DNA of 64,000 nt, taken from NCBI GenBank assembly GCA_965215265.1, contig OZ244048.1, positions 224,001-288,000 of the forward strand, read 5' to 3'. The stretch's first letter is position 1, and each line of letters starts with the position of its first letter. Made by a program: the position numbers and the translations under genes. Positions 62,448-64,000 of the stretch are shown one piece after another. Under the pieces are notes generated by a model, which was not told where the DNA came from, made no database searches, and worked only from the letters and a program-made list of their open reading frames with translations. Origin of the DNA: Candidatus Poribacteria bacterium. GTDB taxonomy: Bacteria; Poribacteria; WGA-4E; WGA-3G.

Positions 62448-63338
62448 TCACAGTGCCATGTTAAACTTTGCCCCCGTTACATTGCCTTTCACGTAAGCAT
62501 CGCGGAACAACGTCTGCCGCTTCGGCGGCATACTTTCCAGCAACGCGGCCGGCGGCCTTGACAGACTCCACCGCTTATCAACAGAATTGTACGCATTGAA
62601 AATTGCAACCCGAGCTGTGTCGGGATTTTGCCACGGCTGGCCACTGTGCGTAATCGCCTCTGTAAAGATTATCACAGAACCTGCCGGACAAGAATAGGTA
62701 TCCCAAAATTCCCAGTCTTGCCTACACGCACGATCCGGGGCAGTATAGGCAGCCTTGTGGCTCCCTGTGATGAACAATGTTCCGCCATCCCCTTTTTCAA
62801 CGGGGTTCAGTTCCCACACAACACGCGTCAAACCGCTGTATGCTTGGCCGGGCATGCACCAGTATTCATGGCAGTCCCCCGGCATCCGCAACATGCCGCT
62901 GCCGTTGTGTGCATGGAAGGTGAAAGGCGCTTCGTCTGCTGTGGAACGCAACGCTAAAAAACTCATCTCCATACGAAAACCGTAGCAGCTCTCCGAGGCT
63001 AAATACGGTGATGCTAGAAATTCATTCCCGAACGCCACCACTACCGGATGATCGGTGAGCCCCTCCAAAGGACCGCCGTAGCTAGAACGGTGGTGTTCCG
63101 GAAGAGTTTCGGGCGCATCTTTGAGCTTATAGCAAAACTCACGCATTTCTTCAATCTCTGACTCTGTCAGTACCCCCGGAATTAAGAGCCACCCGTTCTT
63201 ATCAAACAAATATTTCTGCTCTTGCGTTAATGGAACAACCGGTTTACCATCGGCATTAGTTTGTGTCAGTTCCGCCGCCGCCGTTTTTAACGGGGCACCC
63301 AAGTCTTTGTTAAATTTAATACCTATTCTATCTGTCAT
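62448..63338 (-). CDS. Phytanoyl-CoA dioxygenase (PhyH) family protein
   Basis: QKYLFDKNGWLLIPGVL, GGTLFITGSHK, AGSVIIFTEAITHSG. Confidence 0.88.
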   Translation of the reverse strand: MTDRIGIKFNKDLGAPLKTAAAELTQTNADGKPVVPLTQEQKYLFDKNGWLLIPGVLTESEIEEMREFCYKLKDAPETLPEHHRSSYGGPLEGLTDHPVVVAFGNEFLASPYLASESCYGFRMEMSFLALRSTADEAPFTFHAHNGSGMLRMPGDCHEYWCMPGQAYSGLTRVVWELNPVEKGDGGTLFITGSHKAAYTAPDRACRQDWEFWDTYSCPAGSVIIFTEAITHSGQPWQNPDTARVAIFNAYNSVDKRWSLSRPPAALLESMPPKRQTLFRDAYVKGNVTGAKFNMAL

Positions 63339-63406
63339 GCCTCAGTCCCTTTCTAGTTCGTAGCGGTGTTAAATCTATTTTTCTGAGCATCGGTTAACCT
63401 CTTTTT

Positions 63407-64000
63407 TTACCGAATCTTCTGTCCGGTGAAATAGTCCAGATTCGCCCCTAGTTTCTCAAGGAGTGGCCCGGTCGCCCTATCAAGACTTTCAATCAAAGCA
63501 GCAGACGGCGTATAGTCAATCACCTGCAGGTTTTGCTGTAATTCGGAGATATTTCGCGTGCCAACCAGCATGCACGTAATTCCCTGTTTCGCCATTGTCC
63601 AAGCGATTGCGAGCCGGCTCATAGCGACTTGTTCCTCCTCTGCAATCCGGCGAATGCGATCCAGTGCCTCAAAGAGCTCTACCTCCGCGCCCTCTTCTCC
63701 GTGTGAAGCCTGCGGCCGGTCAGCTCCAAAATGGCGAAACCGAGAATGCGTTGGCGGTATCTCATCTGCATTCTTGTACTGTCCCGTTAAAATCCCCTGC
63801 AACAACGGCATATATCCCAAAATACCGACGCTGCTTTGCTGGCAAAGCGGAAGCAGTTCGACCTCTATTGCACGGGACAACAGATTATAGCAGACTTGAT
63901 TCACAGCAATGGATGCACCGGTATTGAGTGCCTCCGTCAGTTGCCCGACTCCGAAGTTGCTTACACCGATTGCACGGATGAGCCCTTCTTCTTGCAACTT
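63407..64000 (-). CDS. Aldo/keto reductase (5' part outside window)
   Basis: GLIRAIGVSNF, NQVCYNLL.R, YMPLLQGILTG. Confidence 0.9.
   Translation of the reverse strand, partial: KLQEEGLIRAIGVSNFGVGQLTEALNTGASIAVNQVCYNLLSRAIEVELLPLCQQSSVGILGYMPLLQGILTGQYKNADEIPPTHSRFRHFGADRPQASHGEEGAEVELFEALDRIRRIAEEEQVAMSRLAIAWTMAKQGITCMLVGTRNISELQQNLQVIDYTPSAALIESLDRATGPLLEKLGANLDYFTGQKIR

Overview
Bacterial chromosomal window, probably Candidatus Poribacteria (inferred from the LamG-like protein ending AVDPxGKLxxTWxxVK, multiple PhyH-type dioxygenases and a highly repetitive WD40 gene). Most of it is housekeeping: rimP-nusA-ylxR-infB-DUF503-rbfA-DHH-ribF-rpsO-pnp, gcvT/H/P, trkAH-pdxH, a nuo operon (no nuoI; VOC and Na+/H+ antiporter genes inserted), an ECF sigma/anti-sigma/3x DUF4252 locus and an F1Fo atp operon. 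Four things stand out. (1) At the left end, two tandem paralogous N6-adenine (type III Mod-like) methyltransferase genes have near-identical flanks and divergent target-recognition domains. Each is frameshifted at the same poly-G tract (G8 and G9; both in frame at G7 or G10), making a candidate multi-specificity phase-variable methylation locus. (2) A modular palindromic repeat family fills about 12 sites. It inserts in frame into gcvP, supplies RBS and stop signals, and forms a 196-bp inverted pair around nuoH to the antiporter. (3) A WD40 array with high internal conservation and hypervariable positions is separated by a single amber codon from an Rpn-like C-terminal module. (4) An internally deleted IS630 mini-element is present. 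All family calls are from motif recognition; no database searches were run.
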